From positions 162,030-226,029 of the forward strand of contig NW_015161972.1 in NCBI RefSeq assembly GCF_001447785.1: a stretch of 64,000 nucleotides of DNA, in the 5' to 3' direction. Shown one piece after another: positions 12,356 through 25,832 of this stretch; within the stretch, counting starts at the first letter, position 1, and the number at the start of each line of letters is the position of its first letter. This DNA comes from Gekko japonicus. Its lineage: Eukaryota. A model generated the notes under the pieces. That model was given only the letters and a program-made list of their open reading frames with translations, made no database searches and was not told the origin of the DNA. The translations under genes were made by a program, and so were the position numbers.

Positions 12356-13292
12356 ATGGAGTAACTCTCCAGAGGATTGCCTGGTCAGTCATCTTCTTGG
12401 TTTCTTTTTCGAGTTCAGGTCACCTGTGAGACATTAATGCTTTCCTGTACAGGCAAAGGCCATTTTGACAGGTGGTGACATGCCTGAGTTTGGACCCATT
12501 CTTATACGTTGCTTGCCCATTATTTAGTGTTACCACAGTAGACTATAAACTTCAGAGCCAGAATTTCCAAGTATGAGTCATTTTGAAATTGGCAAAGACA
12601 AACTGAGCTTGCTATCTTTCTTGTGTTTCTTTAGTGCTGGTCTTCTGGCGTTCTTTCCATATGATTTCATAAACCTGCTCTTGAGTGTATCTTCTTGGGA
12701 TGGTGCTTCCAACTTTCCCCCCTTTTATAGTTCATAATTTATACTGCTTCATTCCAGCTTATCTTTACTGTTTATAGTCCTTTCCCTTTCACATCGAGCC
12801 AAGCTTGAGACATTCTGGTGACATAATGGTTGAATTCAGGAACCAAGTTTGGCAAAGAAAGAAAAAAGGCTTTTCAAACCAATGGTTGATCAATGTTATT
12901 GTGTTCTGTTTTTTAATTATAGCCTGTGGGATAAGGATAGCTACTGAGATTCAGCCACTGAAAATGTAAAGGTTTTAAGAGAATAGCAATCCTAGCAATC
13001 TGAAGAACTCTTTCTAGGGAGTAAATAAGATTAAATTTATTTCCAAGTGGACCTGCTTAGAATTGCTCTCTAAGGTGTCCGTATATATAGATGATTTTAT
13101 GGTTTAGGTGAAAGGAGGTATATACGTATACCCTTGTAACATGATACACACATGTATTTTGTGTGTGTGTGACATATTCAGAAGAATTCCAGTACATACA
13201 AGTCTTGATCATATTGATCATATGTTTGGTTTTGCAAACTTGACCTATTATAACCTGCATCCAGTGACATTTGTTTCTTATTTAAAGTAATA

Positions 13293-14020
13293 TATGAAGC
13301 TGCCTTACACAAAGTCAAACTATTGAGCCATCTGGTTTAGAGCTGCTTACTTTGACTAGTGGCACTTCTCCAAGGTCTCTGCTCCATGAGATGCTTTCAC
13401 TGGTAGGATTTGAAGCTGAACCTTCTGCAACAGCTTCATACCCAGGAATTTTTTCCAAGGGGTGCCAGCTGCCGTGGGCGCTAATGGAGTTAAATTTAAA
13501 CATTAAATTAGATTTAAATTAAAAATTTAGAGAGCAGGTGAGCGGAAGGAAGGAAAGTTACAGAAATAGCTTTGGGCCAGCACAGCCGCGTAGCATGGCT
13601 CAAGCTCTCCATCCTCTCCCCTCCCAGCCCTCTGTAGTCCTTCGGGAATAAGAGCCTTCAGTTCAGTGATCCCCAAAGAAGCACTGATGTGGAGGAACCC
13701 ACCGGATTCCTTTGTTTTAAGGTGAAGGGGCTAAAATCCCCTCTCAGAAAATGTGCTGAGAGCAGATCCTACTTCCTACAGCTCACCTGATGCTCACCTG
13801 ATGGTCCCTTTAAAATACAACAGGCAACAAAGAGAGATTACTCTTGCAGGCCACAGTAGAAGAGGGGAGGGGATGGCCCAAAGCTATTTCTGTAACCCTC
13901 CTTCCTCGCTGGCTCTTCCTGCTGCTGGGGCTCTGAGCAATCGATAGGGGGCATAGCCCCCAAATCCCCGCTGCTGGCTACGGCCCTGTTCTGCAAAGCA
14001 TGTGTTCTACCACTGAGTCA
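13293..14020 (-). mobile_element. Old tRNA-derived SINE split by a hAT MITE
   Basis: ATGAAGCTGCCTTA...CTCCAAGGTCTC...GGATTTGAA..ACCTTCTGCA [insert] CAAAGCATGTGTTCTACCACTGAG. Same family as 42671-42868. Confidence 0.6.
13431..13988. mobile_element. hAT MITE
   Basis: Exact 8-bp TSD TTCTGCAA, right end CTGGCTACGGCCCTG with a degenerate left partner, and long internal inverted repeats. Confidence 0.8.
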
Positions 14021-14405
14021 TTGCACCTACTGTATACTTGTTATCTTGCTGTGGCTTCCTCCAATGACACTGCTTTACAGTGTGAAGAATGTATATGTTG
14101 TCCATCAACTCCCATTCACTTTTCACAGCAAAGAAGAAAATTAGAAAGGGTAAACCAGTTGCAATCTGTCTATATTTCATAAGGGCTGTAACAATGCTGT
14201 GCAGAAGGCATTTCACAAATCCTTATGTATGTATCGTTTCAATGAGCAGAGACAACCAAGTTGGCCTGAAGATAATCCTGGAAAATTAACCAGTGCCTTT
14301 CTTATTGCTAAGGAAGGCAATAGTTCATTCATTTGACTCCTTCTTCTCATCACTATGAAAGGCTGAGACTCTGACTGATGAGAGAAATCATGCTGTTGAG
14401 TGGTC

Positions 14406-14406
<1 letters not shown>

Positions 14407-14436
<30 letters not shown>

Positions 14437-14439
14437 TTT
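14407..14439. repeat. (TTTA)n microsatellite
   Basis: Read directly from the sequence. Confidence 0.9.
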
Positions 14440-16305
14440 GATGCAGTGACCTATCATTTGAATGCTAATGCATGTCCTAGTTGACAAGACTGCCACTCAC
14501 AATATCCTGGAAAGTCTCAGCTGATCCATGAAGTAAATGGAAAGTTGACTTCCCAGGAAGATCTTTTTTGTACAATCACTAAGCAAGGTAGCAAGAAAGA
14601 GTTTACTGTCTCTTGTACCTAAAAAGTAGGACCAAATAATCCTAGGCTATGAGACAGAATGCTGCTACTGGTCAGTTCACCTGGAAGGAGTATGATCCCT
14701 GCTTACATAAGTCCCATATTAGGCAAAAATCAAGGCTATGAGTGTAGATGACATGACTCACAAGGGTACAGCCCAAAATCCTGTTGTAGCATTGTACAGT
14801 TTTAAGTTATCCTTCCTAGCTATTTTTAAAATCTTGCATTACTGGAGCAGCTGAAACCTATCCATAAAGGGGGAAAAGCAAAATATTAAAAATAATGAAA
14901 TAATGAAAATAATGAAAAACTAAATACATAGCTAACATAAATATTTAAAATTTCAAATGACATTTATAATCTGATTTAATTGATAGTACCATTTTCTTAT
15001 GTTTGTTTTAAATGCATTCTAAAAACCTAAGCTGCACAGTGTCCGTTGCCACAACTGGCCTGTCTTTTAATTATATGAAATGATGTACTCAACAAGCAAG
15101 GAAATCCTCATTGAACTCTGGTTTCCACGGAGTTAATGAACCTGGCATCTGCCTGGTTAATCTGTTATTAATCTTGAATGACCTTCCTAAGAACTTACTA
15201 CAAGATTTGAAGTGGGAAGCAGGATTTTCCAATCTGAATACAGAATTTTTATGCTTACTATATAGGTGTTGTAGCATAAAAAAAATATGTACTCTCATAA
15301 AAATCTATGCATTGTTGTATATTGTACTATTGTGATCATTCATCTCCTGCATTTTATTTTCTAGACTTAAAAATCTAAATGTTGAATTTATTACAGTAGT
15401 GCAGTATCCAATGACTGGCATCCCTGAGCCAACCAGTAAACCTGGAGGGCCAACAAGCAGGGCATAGAGTCCAAGGCATTCTCTGATGTTGCCTCTTAGC
15501 ACTGGTGTTCAGAGGTTTATAGAATCTTTATCTCAATATTTTTCAGCATCCGGACCAGGTAATGTCTTAGTCTGAGTGACTCCTGTGTTGTAGTTTGCAA
15601 GTAAAGCTTTCAATTTTTCTTGAAAGGATAAAGGAGATGTTTCAATCCTGCACATTTTGGATAACAGAACAACAAACAGATAATACAGGAGATGCTTCCT
15701 TGCCTAAAACACAATATGTTGTTTATATTAGGTATGCCAGTTTTACCAATCTATATAGCAAAGAACATTAAGTCTGGTTAATGTTAAAGGAATATAAAAA
15801 CATCCTGTAGTACAAATCAAGATGAATCAGCTAAATAAATTTACAGCTGATAGTGAAATTTAATCAACAGGAAGTAGATTTAATATTTAATATCATGCTG
15901 AAAAAAATATATCTCTGACCCTCATCTTAAATTCCTGTTTAGCAGCTAATTTATCAGATACTAGAAAATAATCTAGGAAAAGGGCATATAACTGGCCAAG
16001 CGGAACACTGAGACCAAATAGATAAGTTTGGGTAATCAGCGTTCAAGTATTCATAACGACAAATCCTTCAAAATCTGTCTTTTGCTTTATGTTTAAGTTT
16101 TAACCAATAATTAGAGATGTTGGAATATTCTCATCTCCACTGGAAGTGTCGCCATTTCAGTTTGTCAAAGGGATACTAATCTATGGGCTGTGGTAGTCTT
16201 CTTTCCTCTTCTTCCTATCTAGATACTCTGAAAGCATAAAACTTGACTGCAGTATATGACGGGGTATAAAACTTTGAAATCCTGTATTAGTATGAAATGT
16301 ACATC

Positions 16306-16373
16306 ATTTATTTATTTATTATTTATTTTATTTTATTTATACCCCGCCCTCCCCGCGAACGGGCTCAGGGCGG
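16306..16373 (-). mobile_element. Very short L2 3'-end insertion
   Basis: (TTTA)n followed by TATACCCCGCCCTCCCC...GGCTCAGGGCGGC, like the L2 3' end at 62028-62100. Confidence 0.7.
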
Positions 16374-17042
16374 CAGTAGACTGCAGGAAGGTATGGATTC
16401 ATACAGAAAACTGGGAAACCAGCTAATTTCTTTACAAGCACCTCCTGAGTTGGTAGCTTTTGGTACTTGAACCTTTCTGGTTTCCAGTTGCACTTCCTCA
16501 CTATATCACCTCTTCCCTTCCCAGGACAAAAGAAGGTCTTTCTTTTGGCTTGTACCCAATTTATGCAGCTTCAGAAACTCAACTTCCGATAATGATACCA
16601 ACGACACGCCACCACCTCAAAGGAAAAACCCTGCTTTCCACTTCAACACAGAAGATGTGACAAGGAGCCGCACTGAAGGGATTAATGAGAGTCCCTGGGC
16701 TAAAATTTGTAATGCTTTCAGAATGTAAGAGCTAAATTTCAGGTCTGGCGCAAAACAACAAATACAGCAATATTCTTCGTCAGACTAATATTCCTGGATT
16801 TAAATAGGAAAGGGCGTAATAGAAATTCTCTTTTATGCACAGACGCACACAAAGTACACATGAAGCTGCCTTATGCTGAACAGACCATTGGACCATCAAA
16901 GTGAGTAGTGACTACTCAGATCTGGCAGCCCTAAGTAAATTTTATGTTGCCCAAAATGCATAGTAGATCATTTCCAGAACAACAGATTCCAGTCTAGGAA
17001 AGTTCTCTGCACATTTTAGCATCCATGTAAATTAATGTTCAC

Positions 17043-17112
17043 AGCCTGGATAGCCCAGGCTAGCCTGATCTCATCAGCTCGCAGAAGCTAAGCAGGGTCG
17101 ACCTTGGCTATT
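17043..17112 (+). mobile_element. 5S rRNA-derived SINE head fragment
   Basis: GCCTGATCTCATCAGCTCGCAGAAGCTAAGCAGGGTCG matches the 5S rRNA A-box region. Confidence 0.65.
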
Positions 17113-19314
17113 ATTTTTAAGCAGCTACAATTCAGCTTGGGTTCTGTAGTTTGAAATCCTGTAAGAGATAAAATATGCTTTATAATCACTCCCATTGAAT
17201 AAATAGGATATACTATTGTCTGGATTATGGCGGCAAAGATAATTTTAGGAGTATGTGTGCAATAGCTAGTAAAGTCTTAGAATGTGATGGGGTAAAAGTA
17301 GAACCTAGTGTTCATCAGGGGTTAGGACTTCTGTAGCCCTTTGCTTTAAAAAAAAAGGGGGGGGAAGCGAAATAACTTGCACAGAGTGAGAAAATGTATG
17401 ATGCAAGTTTGCATTGGTTATGCTTCTGTTTCCATTCTCTTCTGTTGCTATGACACGTAAGGTGACAGTTTTTATTATTTGATTTTATTATTTTATGAAT
17501 GTTTTATGCAGCCATGGTTAAAGATATCTGACTTCTGAAATTTTCATTTTACAGTCCTGAAGAAAACTTTTGGTTTGAGGGAAGATTTTTTTTTTGTTCC
17601 ATGTGCCTCTCAAAGAGCCCTCTCACAAGGATATCCTTGTAGTCACTGTGATCCAAACTACAGTGATATTTGTAAATCTCTGGTTTATTGCAGTTATTAA
17701 TGTTTCAGTAGTGAGTAGGGGGCACAATCCAAATTGAGATGGTGGCATAGAGGGAATTAATCTGTACTGTGCCTCGATCACCCTTCTTTCCTCTCCTCCC
17801 TAAACTGCTGCGGGGGTGGGGGGAATACAAGGTTCTGCAGGATATCTGAAGGCAGGGAATTTGCATAGGAAAAAGGAGCTAAATGAGTGATACACAGTGG
17901 CTCAGGACAGCTTAGAGGGACCATTGCTTAGCAGGCACATGTGGTTCTTTGAGATGCCGCTCATGGCCCTTTAAAGTGCTGTTCCCCAGTGTGGCCCCCG
18001 CCCCATGTTTCAGGAAAGTGGGCAAAGCCATTACCTGGTGGGCTTTGTGGTTGGCAGGTAGTTTCCACCTTGAGACAGCTGCTGGAGGAGGATTAGGTAA
18101 ACTGTGAGCCTCCCTGCAGGGCTGTATCTCGATCTGAACTGGGGTAACCTGGGGGTATTATTTACCCTTTTAACTGCAGGAGATCAGTTTACAGATCTCC
18201 CAGTATCACCTCTTGTTTGATCCAACGGCAGGAAGAGAATTTTAGGATTATGGTAAATCATGTCACTTGCCACATAATGAACATATGATATCAGAATATT
18301 TTAATTTAAAAAAAAATTGAGATAATTACAAGTATTGGGAAATGTCAAACCCTAACACTGTTGGTATATTTCCACCAGCATCTAAGACATTTATGGTGTT
18401 TATAGGATGCTGTCTTCACTCCAATTTTGCAAGTCTTGGTTTTTAAAATTGTGAAAATAAACTTTCTTTCTTTACCAAGTTAAAAAAAAAGCAATAATAA
18501 ATCCTTTTATCGCAATGATTATAAGAAAAAAATTGGGTTGGCAAGGATAACATACTGAACTTATACAATACCAGCTCTCTTCTGCTTGAAGCAGTCCTAA
18601 TGTATCCAGCTGCACAGAAATCGGTGTGCACCAGTGCACTAATTCAGAGGGGCCTCTGAGTATGGACACTGCTCTGCACTGAATCCCAGTCATGTAAAAG
18701 GAATGACTCCTGTATCCTGTATTCAGGTCTTGGTGTGCTGCTTTGCAGAAAAGGACCTACCAAGTAGATGGTCGGTTCTTTCTGTTTTGGAGATGCCAGT
18801 TGCCTCTTGGGAGAAGGGGGGGGAGGGAGAAAAATGAATTCCAGCCCCCCTTTCCCCTCTTAGTTAGTGATCAGTTTTACCAACCCGATGACACCAAACA
18901 TCTATTTAACAACTATGATGCACATGTAGTGGGTGGTGAACTTTACAGTCTTTCACACCTAATACTGGTTCACCAACAGAATGTTCACATAGCTAGGAAA
19001 ATGGAACTAACAGGTACCAAACTGCTGAATCCTGAGTCAAGATTGGGCCACATTTGCTAGCTGAGCTAGCATGTTTATTTATTCATTTATTCGTTCATTT
19101 AAAACATTTCTGTGTCACCTTTCCACTTGCTTGTCCTCACCCCCAAATTCTCTCACTAGGGTGGCAGCTGTGGCTGGCAACACCAGGAGAAATGCAAAAA
19201 ATTAAACAAATTAAATAAAATAACTACTGCGTTCTGGTCATTTATGATTCAAATCCATTGAGTATGCCAGGAGTTGTCAAATTTGTTAAATCTGTGAGCA
19301 CTTTTGGCATTTTG

Positions 19315-19590
19315 AGAAGAGAGAGAAGAAGAGGAGGAGATTGGATTTGTACCTCGCCCTTCACTTGGAGTCTCAGAGCAGCTTACAATCACCTTCCCTT
19401 CCCGTCCCCCCCCCACAACAGATACCCTGTGAGGTAGGTGGGGCTGAGAGAGCTCTTTTGATAACTGTTCTTTCAAGAACAGCTCTGACAGAACTATGGC
19501 TTGCCCAAGGTCATCCATCAGCTGCAAGTGGAGGAGTAGGGAATCAAACCCAGTTCTCCCAGATCAGAGTCTGTGCACTTAACTACTACA
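19315..19590 (-). mobile_element. tRNA-derived SINE (Squam3-like)
   Basis: Colinear with 22951-23232, with a purine-rich tail copy and a tRNA-like head. Confidence 0.88.
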
Positions 19591-20259
19591 GTTCCAACCT
19601 GCATCACATGGATGACTCGTTGTGGATTGCTGCATGTGTCACAAATGGTACATTTATAAGGAACTAAATTTGCATCTTTCAAAAGACCTTAAGATCAACA
19701 ATTAGCATTGATGAAATAAAAATAACAAATAAACTCTGTCTCTGTCCTCATTGATGAAAGTCTTCCTCCTACAGACTCCTACATTTTTTTATAGAGACAA
19801 TAATCTTTTTGGAAGGGAAGCAGAATGGATGAGAGAATCCAATGATTCCTATTGCATTTTCCTATTCAGATGCAATACACATTAGATGACTGAAGCCTTG
19901 CTACGTTTATCAAACTGTAGTAACAGTGTAGGTATGTAGCAGCAAACAGCAACAAACTCATGGTAAAAATTCGTGTGAATTTGTATACGACCTGAGAGAC
20001 AGTACAGTCCCAAGCTGTTACACCATTCTAAACTCACTGTTTTTCAATGCACTCTTTAGGGTTGGACTGTAAGACACTGATCCATAACTTCTAGAGCAAA
20101 TTTCAGTGTCTTCCGTGAACTTAAGCTGCCCTAGGCAGGTTTTAGTAACAGTAAAAAAAAAATCATCTAAATAAAAAAAACTTGGACCAATTATTTGAAG
20201 TACACCCTGCTTGTGTTTTAGTTGAGGTTTGTTTTTGTTTTGTTTTACTGTTAGACTTA

Positions 20260-20916
20260 GGTCCCGATCAGACGGGTCTTTACATCCACCCCAAGCACGG
20301 ATGCCTGGCAGATTTAAAGGGAACAATCAGACAACGACATCTGGGAAAGGTGCTGCTTCCGTTTAGCCCTGCCAGGGAGCTTTACTTAAAAGATACCGGT
20401 GAAAATCCGGTACTTTTGATTGCCAATGGTGGACTTTCCTCCGTCTGATCATTCCAGCATGCAATCAGCTCATCAGGATGATTTCCTCTAGACCATCCCA
20501 AACAGCCGCCCTTAAAAAAAAAATCTTAGTGATATGCGCGTAAACGCGTGACAGCTGCAGAGGTCCGCTCAAATGTTGCGGACAATTTAATGTTTCTGAA
20601 TGGCCAGTGAAATTTATGAACTGCATTAATTGAAATGGTACCTAGAGGGAGGTACTACTGGCAGTGCTTTAACCATTCAATTCCACGAATGCACGGAAAA
20701 GCAAGTACACGGTGAGGTGCAGATGCACATGTGCAAACAGAATTTTTTAAAAACCCGACTGCACGGCTCCTTCAGGTGGACACTGTCTAGACAATCCACC
20801 ATGGAGTATGCGCACGGTAAGGGGAGCTGTCTGGTTGTGCAACGCCAGATAAAGAAGAGCTGGATCAAATTAGAGCCAGGCCGATGGCGGGATTAGCTGC
20901 CCGTCTGAACACACCC
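20260..20916. mobile_element. PIF/Harbinger-like MITE
   Basis: TIRs GGTCCCGATCAGACGGG / CCCGTCTGAACACACCC with a TTA target duplication. Confidence 0.75.
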
Positions 20917-22950
20917 TTAATGCAGTAACAGTAGGAGAGATACTTCAGCTGATTATGCTTAGGAAGCAGCCAAAAAAAAATCAATTCGAACTTGTTTAGA
21001 TACAGTCACTAAGGTACAATTGGTACAACTGTTCCTCCCCCCCCAAATCTAGATATTCTTGTGTAGCTACGAGGTGGATGGAAAAATCCTAAGAGTCTAG
21101 AGATAAGGAACTGTAAGACCCACCCCTGCCCCATCAGAAGGAGAATGCTAGGTTGTCCTTCACACAGTATTCTTTCATTAGCAGTCTGCAGTATGGGAGC
21201 ATAATCCACAGTCATCACTGGGAATTTGTTTTTGTAACCATGCTTATGATACAACAATGCTGTGTTTTATTCTGCTTTTATTAATAGAATGTGTACTTTT
21301 GCATACTTTTAATTTTTGAATTTACGTTATTTATAGACCACCTTTCTCACTGAGACTCAGATAATGTAGTGTAAATCAAATAGAATCAGAAAGTTTGCAG
21401 ATGTTAACAGTTCTCTCGATTCATAAAGTAGACGACAGATTTGGCATGCCCTTTCATAAGAAGACTATGTGTATTCTCATGCATTATGGGAACTCAGGCA
21501 TTATTAGTTCTCATCATGGGAGTCAGCTAGAGGTGCACTCCCATGAACAAACCAAGAATAGTTTTCATTATCAACACTGGAACTTAAACTCAGATCTCAC
21601 TGAACCATAGAGTGCCAGGATAATGTCCTGTGTATTCCTTACTTCATAGGACAAGTAAGCGAGATATTAATCTTTTAGTTTAAAATATCGAAGTAAGTTC
21701 CAACTTTTGAAAATTTAATTGTTCACAGATACATTATTTTGGACAACCAGAACCCTAAAGGATTCTGATTTACATTTCTCTGCTTTACTGACTATGCAAA
21801 TGTCAGTAATTCTTTGAACCCCGGACATAAATTTCCAGCGCATTGTTTTCAATTAAGTGAGTAGCTGATCACTTTGTTTGTCCCTGTTTGATCTCTAAGG
21901 CTCTTTTGAGCGGATTTGCTTTTCAGCACTTGTTTGACTCTGCAGAACCTGGACTGTGAGAAACTGCGTGCCCCTCCATCTGGAAGGCTTTCTGCAAGAG
22001 GAGCCCCAGTAAGAAATTTACTGCCCTCTTGGGTGTAAAGCTGTCCAGATCTTTTGAAAGTTAGGATGCTGGGTAAGAATCTTTTTACTAGGCAGAAGAA
22101 AATCTGCTTCTTGATACTACTTACAATTTTAAATACTTGTCAAAGAGTTGCTGATCTTAGATAAGTGTGCCCAGATACGTGTTCTATTAATCAAAATAAA
22201 TTTGAGCATGGGGATATGATGAATTTGTTACCAATGTACAGAAACTGAATTCCACCATTTAGCTGCCATAATAGGTCAACCTGTCAAACATCTTAATGCA
22301 AATCAGATTAATATAAAAAAAAATCTCACTGAATCTCATAAGTATTAATTTATGGAAGAATTTCTACACAGTTGCTTTGTTATTGGTCTCTGTACAGGAT
22401 ATCTAACTCAAGGCCTTTTTATTGCAGTAGTTCAAAGATACACATTTGTCACAGTAGGGGCAAAATGTTGCTGTTACGTTAAAATTATTATGCTTAAAAT
22501 GGATATAAGTGAGGTTTGCAGGGTGAAAACATGCTATTTTCTAAATACTGTATCTAGACTAAGGCTATTGTTGAAATGCACATGATGTTAGTGTCCATCA
22601 CGTTCTGGAATGTTGATTCATTTGTGTGAACACAATTCACAGTCTTTCCTTGTTGGCTTCATGCTGTGTGAGTTCTCCATTAATGCCTTTGATAGTAAGT
22701 ATGTTCCCTCCTTGTTAATATGCTATCTCCCCAACAACTAAGAGTTTTAAGACCTTCCAGCTGGAACCCATAACTTGCAGAGGCTGCAGACAGGGTATGG
22801 CTCTGATGATTCCCGTTTCTAGTAATGTTTAGATTAAATCTGCCTTTCTAAAGCCCTTGGAAAACAAAAATGAAACCACAAAATGGCTGTAATTCACGCA
22901 AGACCTCACAAGACATAGCTCTGCTCTTACTCATGCACGGATGTCACAGT

Positions 22951-23232
22951 AAGAAGAAGAAGAAGAAGAAGAGATTGGATTTATACCCCGCCCTTCACTT
23001 GGAGTCTCAGAGCGGCTTACAAACTCCTTTCCCTTCCCCTCCCCACAACAGACACCCTGTGAGGTGGGTGGGGCTGAGAGAACTCTGACACAAACTGCCC
23101 TTTCAGGAACAGCTGTGCCAGACCTTGTGACTGACCCAAGGTCACATCAGCAGGTGCAAGTGGAGGAGTGGGGAATCAAACCCGGTTCTCCTAGATTAGA
23201 GTCGCCGCACTTAACCACTACACCAAACTGGC
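22951..23232 (-). mobile_element. Full-length young Squam3-like SINE
   Basis: Minus strand reads GCCAGTTTGGTGTAGTGGTTAAG (A box)...GGTTTGATTCCC (B box)...(TTC)n tail, with a CAGTAAG duplication at the flanks. Confidence 0.9.
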
Positions 23233-23316
23233 AGTAAGCATTTCATCTTGTTCCAAAACCTACTTTCAGAGCTGGGACCCATTTTTTTTTTTAACCGAAG
23301 GATATGGATATGTTTA

Positions 23317-23666
23317 CGGTGCTACGGTGCTCAAGTGGTTAAGACGCTGAACTGCAGGCTGTGGAAGGTCGGTAGTTCAGCAGTTCGAGACCCGGGTGCC
23401 GCATGACGGAGTGAGCTCCCGTCTCTAGTTCCAGCTCCTGCCAACCTAGCAGTTCGAAAGCAAGAAATTGCAAGTAGATAAATAGGTACCACTTCAGTGG
23501 GAAGGTAACAGCGTTCCGTGCACCTTGGTGTTTAGTCATGCCGGCCACATGACCACGGAAACGTCTTCGGACAGCGCTGGCTCTTCGGCTTTGAAACGGA
23601 GATGAGCACCGCAACCCTCGAGTCGGATTCGACTGGCTTTCGAGTGAGGGAACCTTTACCTTTACT
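23317..23666 (+). mobile_element. Sauria SINE
   Basis: tRNA-like head, GCTCCTGCCAACCTAGCAGTTCGAAAGCA and GTAGATAAATAGGTACC core, (ACCTTT)n tail, 14-bp TSD TATGGATATGTTTA. Confidence 0.92.
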
Positions 23667-23746
23667 TATGGATATGTTTAACATTTCATATTCAATAGAC
23701 CTTTATCCAAGAGCTGATACAATATGACCTGTGAAAGCTTGGTGCG

Positions 23747-24192
23747 TGTCAGGACTGGGGTCATATACAGTAGCTAGGTGGAGACCGGGACGGAGTCAAG
23801 GAGAGGTCCAAAGGTCTTCACCCAGACCATGTTGAATCACCAAGCAGGAAATAGAGTCATATAAAAGCCAACAGGTCAGTATGAAGAAACAGAATCTGAG
23901 ATGCACCAAGTCACTAGACAGGACCCGAGCTCATAGGGAAAAGTAGGGTCAGGAATAAAGACAGCAGGCTGATCAGTGCACTAGGACAAGTAAGATTGAC
24001 AGTTCATAGGACAAGAATCTCCAGCCTTTCTGCTGCAGGGAGCTAGTGGGCTGTTCGTGTGGGTGGACCCTCTGAGACTGAGTTCCTTATAGGCCCCAGG
24101 AATTAACATGTTTGCAGCCTCCCTACCTTACCTCATGGTTCTGCAAATCTTCTGATTTGAAGGTTGTTGGGTCAAGTCCCAGTAGGTCCTCA
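23747..24192 (-). mobile_element. Degraded solo LTR (Gypsy-like)
   Basis: TGTCAGGAC ... GTCCTCA ends, flanks GTGCG/GTGCT, and repeated CAGG/AGTC purine-rich units typical of reverse-oriented LTRs. Confidence 0.45.
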
Positions 24193-24622
24193 GTGCTAAT
24201 ATGCAGACAATACATCTCAAAACAAATTATTTAGTAGGAAAGTGCCTAATCATATAAAATGCTACAGCATGTAATATTTATTACAATTTTATTCTACCCT
24301 CCCTCTGTAGAGCCAGGGCACTGTGGTTCTTCCATTTTATCTGCACAATAACCCCATGAGGTTATTGGTCCAGAATTAACCAGTCAGCTTCATGGCTGAG
24401 CGGAGTTTTAAACCTGAGTCTCCTTGGTAATAAACATTCCAACCATTAATTCACAGTAACTCTCAATAAACGTTTAGAATAAAATACAACCTGGTATTGC
24501 CCCATGCCTGTGTTATGACCTGTAGCAATGTTTTGTCATCAGAAACCAGCACAATACTAGTGTTGCAGAATGGGTGATGATGATGACAGCAAACCAGTAT
24601 AGATGTGTGTATACCTTTAACT

Positions 24623-24975
24623 AGGAGCTGGGGTGGCTCAAGTGGTTAAGACGCTGAACTGCAGGCTGTGGAAGGTCAGTAGTTCAGCAGTTCGAGACCC
24701 GGGTGCCGCACGATGGAATGAGCTCCCATCTCTTGTTCCAGCTCCTGCCAACCTAGCAGTTCAAAAGCAAGAAATTGCAAGTAGATAAATAGGTACCACT
24801 TCAGTGGGAAGGTAACAGTGTTCCGTGCGCCTTGGTGTTTAGTCATGCCGGCCACATGACCACGGAAACGTCTTCGGACAGCGCTGGCTCTTCGGCTTTG
24901 AAACGGAGATGAGCACCACAACCCTAGAGTCGGATTCGACTGGCTTTCGAGCAAGGGAACCTTTACCTTTACCTT
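24623..24975 (+). mobile_element. Sauria SINE
   Basis: Nearly identical to 23317-23666, with an (ACCTTT)n tail and 13-bp TSD TATACCTTTAACT. Confidence 0.92.
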
Positions 24976-25029
24976 TATACCTTTAACTGAGTCCTCATGA
25001 GCTAGTTTCTGTTTCCCCACCAAGGCCTG

Positions 25030-25832
25030 TATGGGAGTGTCATCACACTGCGAGCCCCAACTCCCGCTGAGCCTGCGCTGGCGGGAGGGGGCTGATTTGC
25101 CTCCTCGTGAGGCAGGAAGAGAAGGGCACCAGCCCTGCGAGAAGCACAACACCAGGCAGGGGGCGGAGTCGGCCTATTTAGGCTCAGCTCCTGCCCTCTA
25201 CCTCAGCAGTTCTTCCACATGCTCAGCCCACCCTCCCACCCTATTTTAGTGCAGGTTTCAACCAGTTGCCTTTTAATGGGGCCAGGTAGGAATTTTTTCA
25301 CCCCTTTTTCGATTTGGCTTCAGACAGAGGGGTGTTTTTTGCCTACCTTGCACTGATGATGGTGGTGTTGGGAAACTGGCTTTGGGGGGGTGTTGTTTGC
25401 TAAATAGGATGGTCACTTTGTGGTTGGGCAGGGAAGCATGATCAGGAAGTTGAAAACGGTGAGCACTTGGGCATTGTTATAAAGGAGTTAAAGGGTCCTC
25501 CAAGAACAGCTTTTGGGCCTTTGTGGCTCAAGGCCAGGAAGGGGTGATCTTCCTTAGAACAATCTGGCCCAGCCTATCTCAGCAGGCCTTGTGGCTTATG
25601 GGGTGGTGGGCCAGGGGGTTCTCCTAAATATGCCAAGCCGCTGGTCAAGAGCTACATTGGGTGGCTTGAGATCGGGGAAGGTGCATTACCCAGAAGGAGA
25701 TGAAGGTGGTCATGAGTTTGACACTGGTCATATTCCTCAGTACATTTTAGCAGCCCCTCGCCAGTTGTTTGTTTATAATTAATTAATAAAGTGGCCCTTG
25801 TTAAATCCATATTGGTGTCCGTCTCTTTATTC
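25030..25832 (+). mobile_element. Probable terminal-repeat fragment of a DIRS/Ngaro-type (tyrosine recombinase) retrotransposon
   Basis: GC box GGGGCGGAG and TATTTA, then CCCACCCTCCC, ending AATAAAGTGGCC...CCA..GGTGTC...TTTATT. No TG..CA ends or TSD. The pattern is recalled from Ngaro-type termini. Confidence 0.45.

Noticed and set aside
17043-17112. 5S rRNA gene
   Set aside because: Partial and diverged. It matches the head of the 5S-derived SINE seen at 42095 and 54076.
24676-25152. Similar ORFs at 23339-23614 and 24676-25152 as a gene family
   Set aside because: Antisense translations of two Sauria SINE copies.
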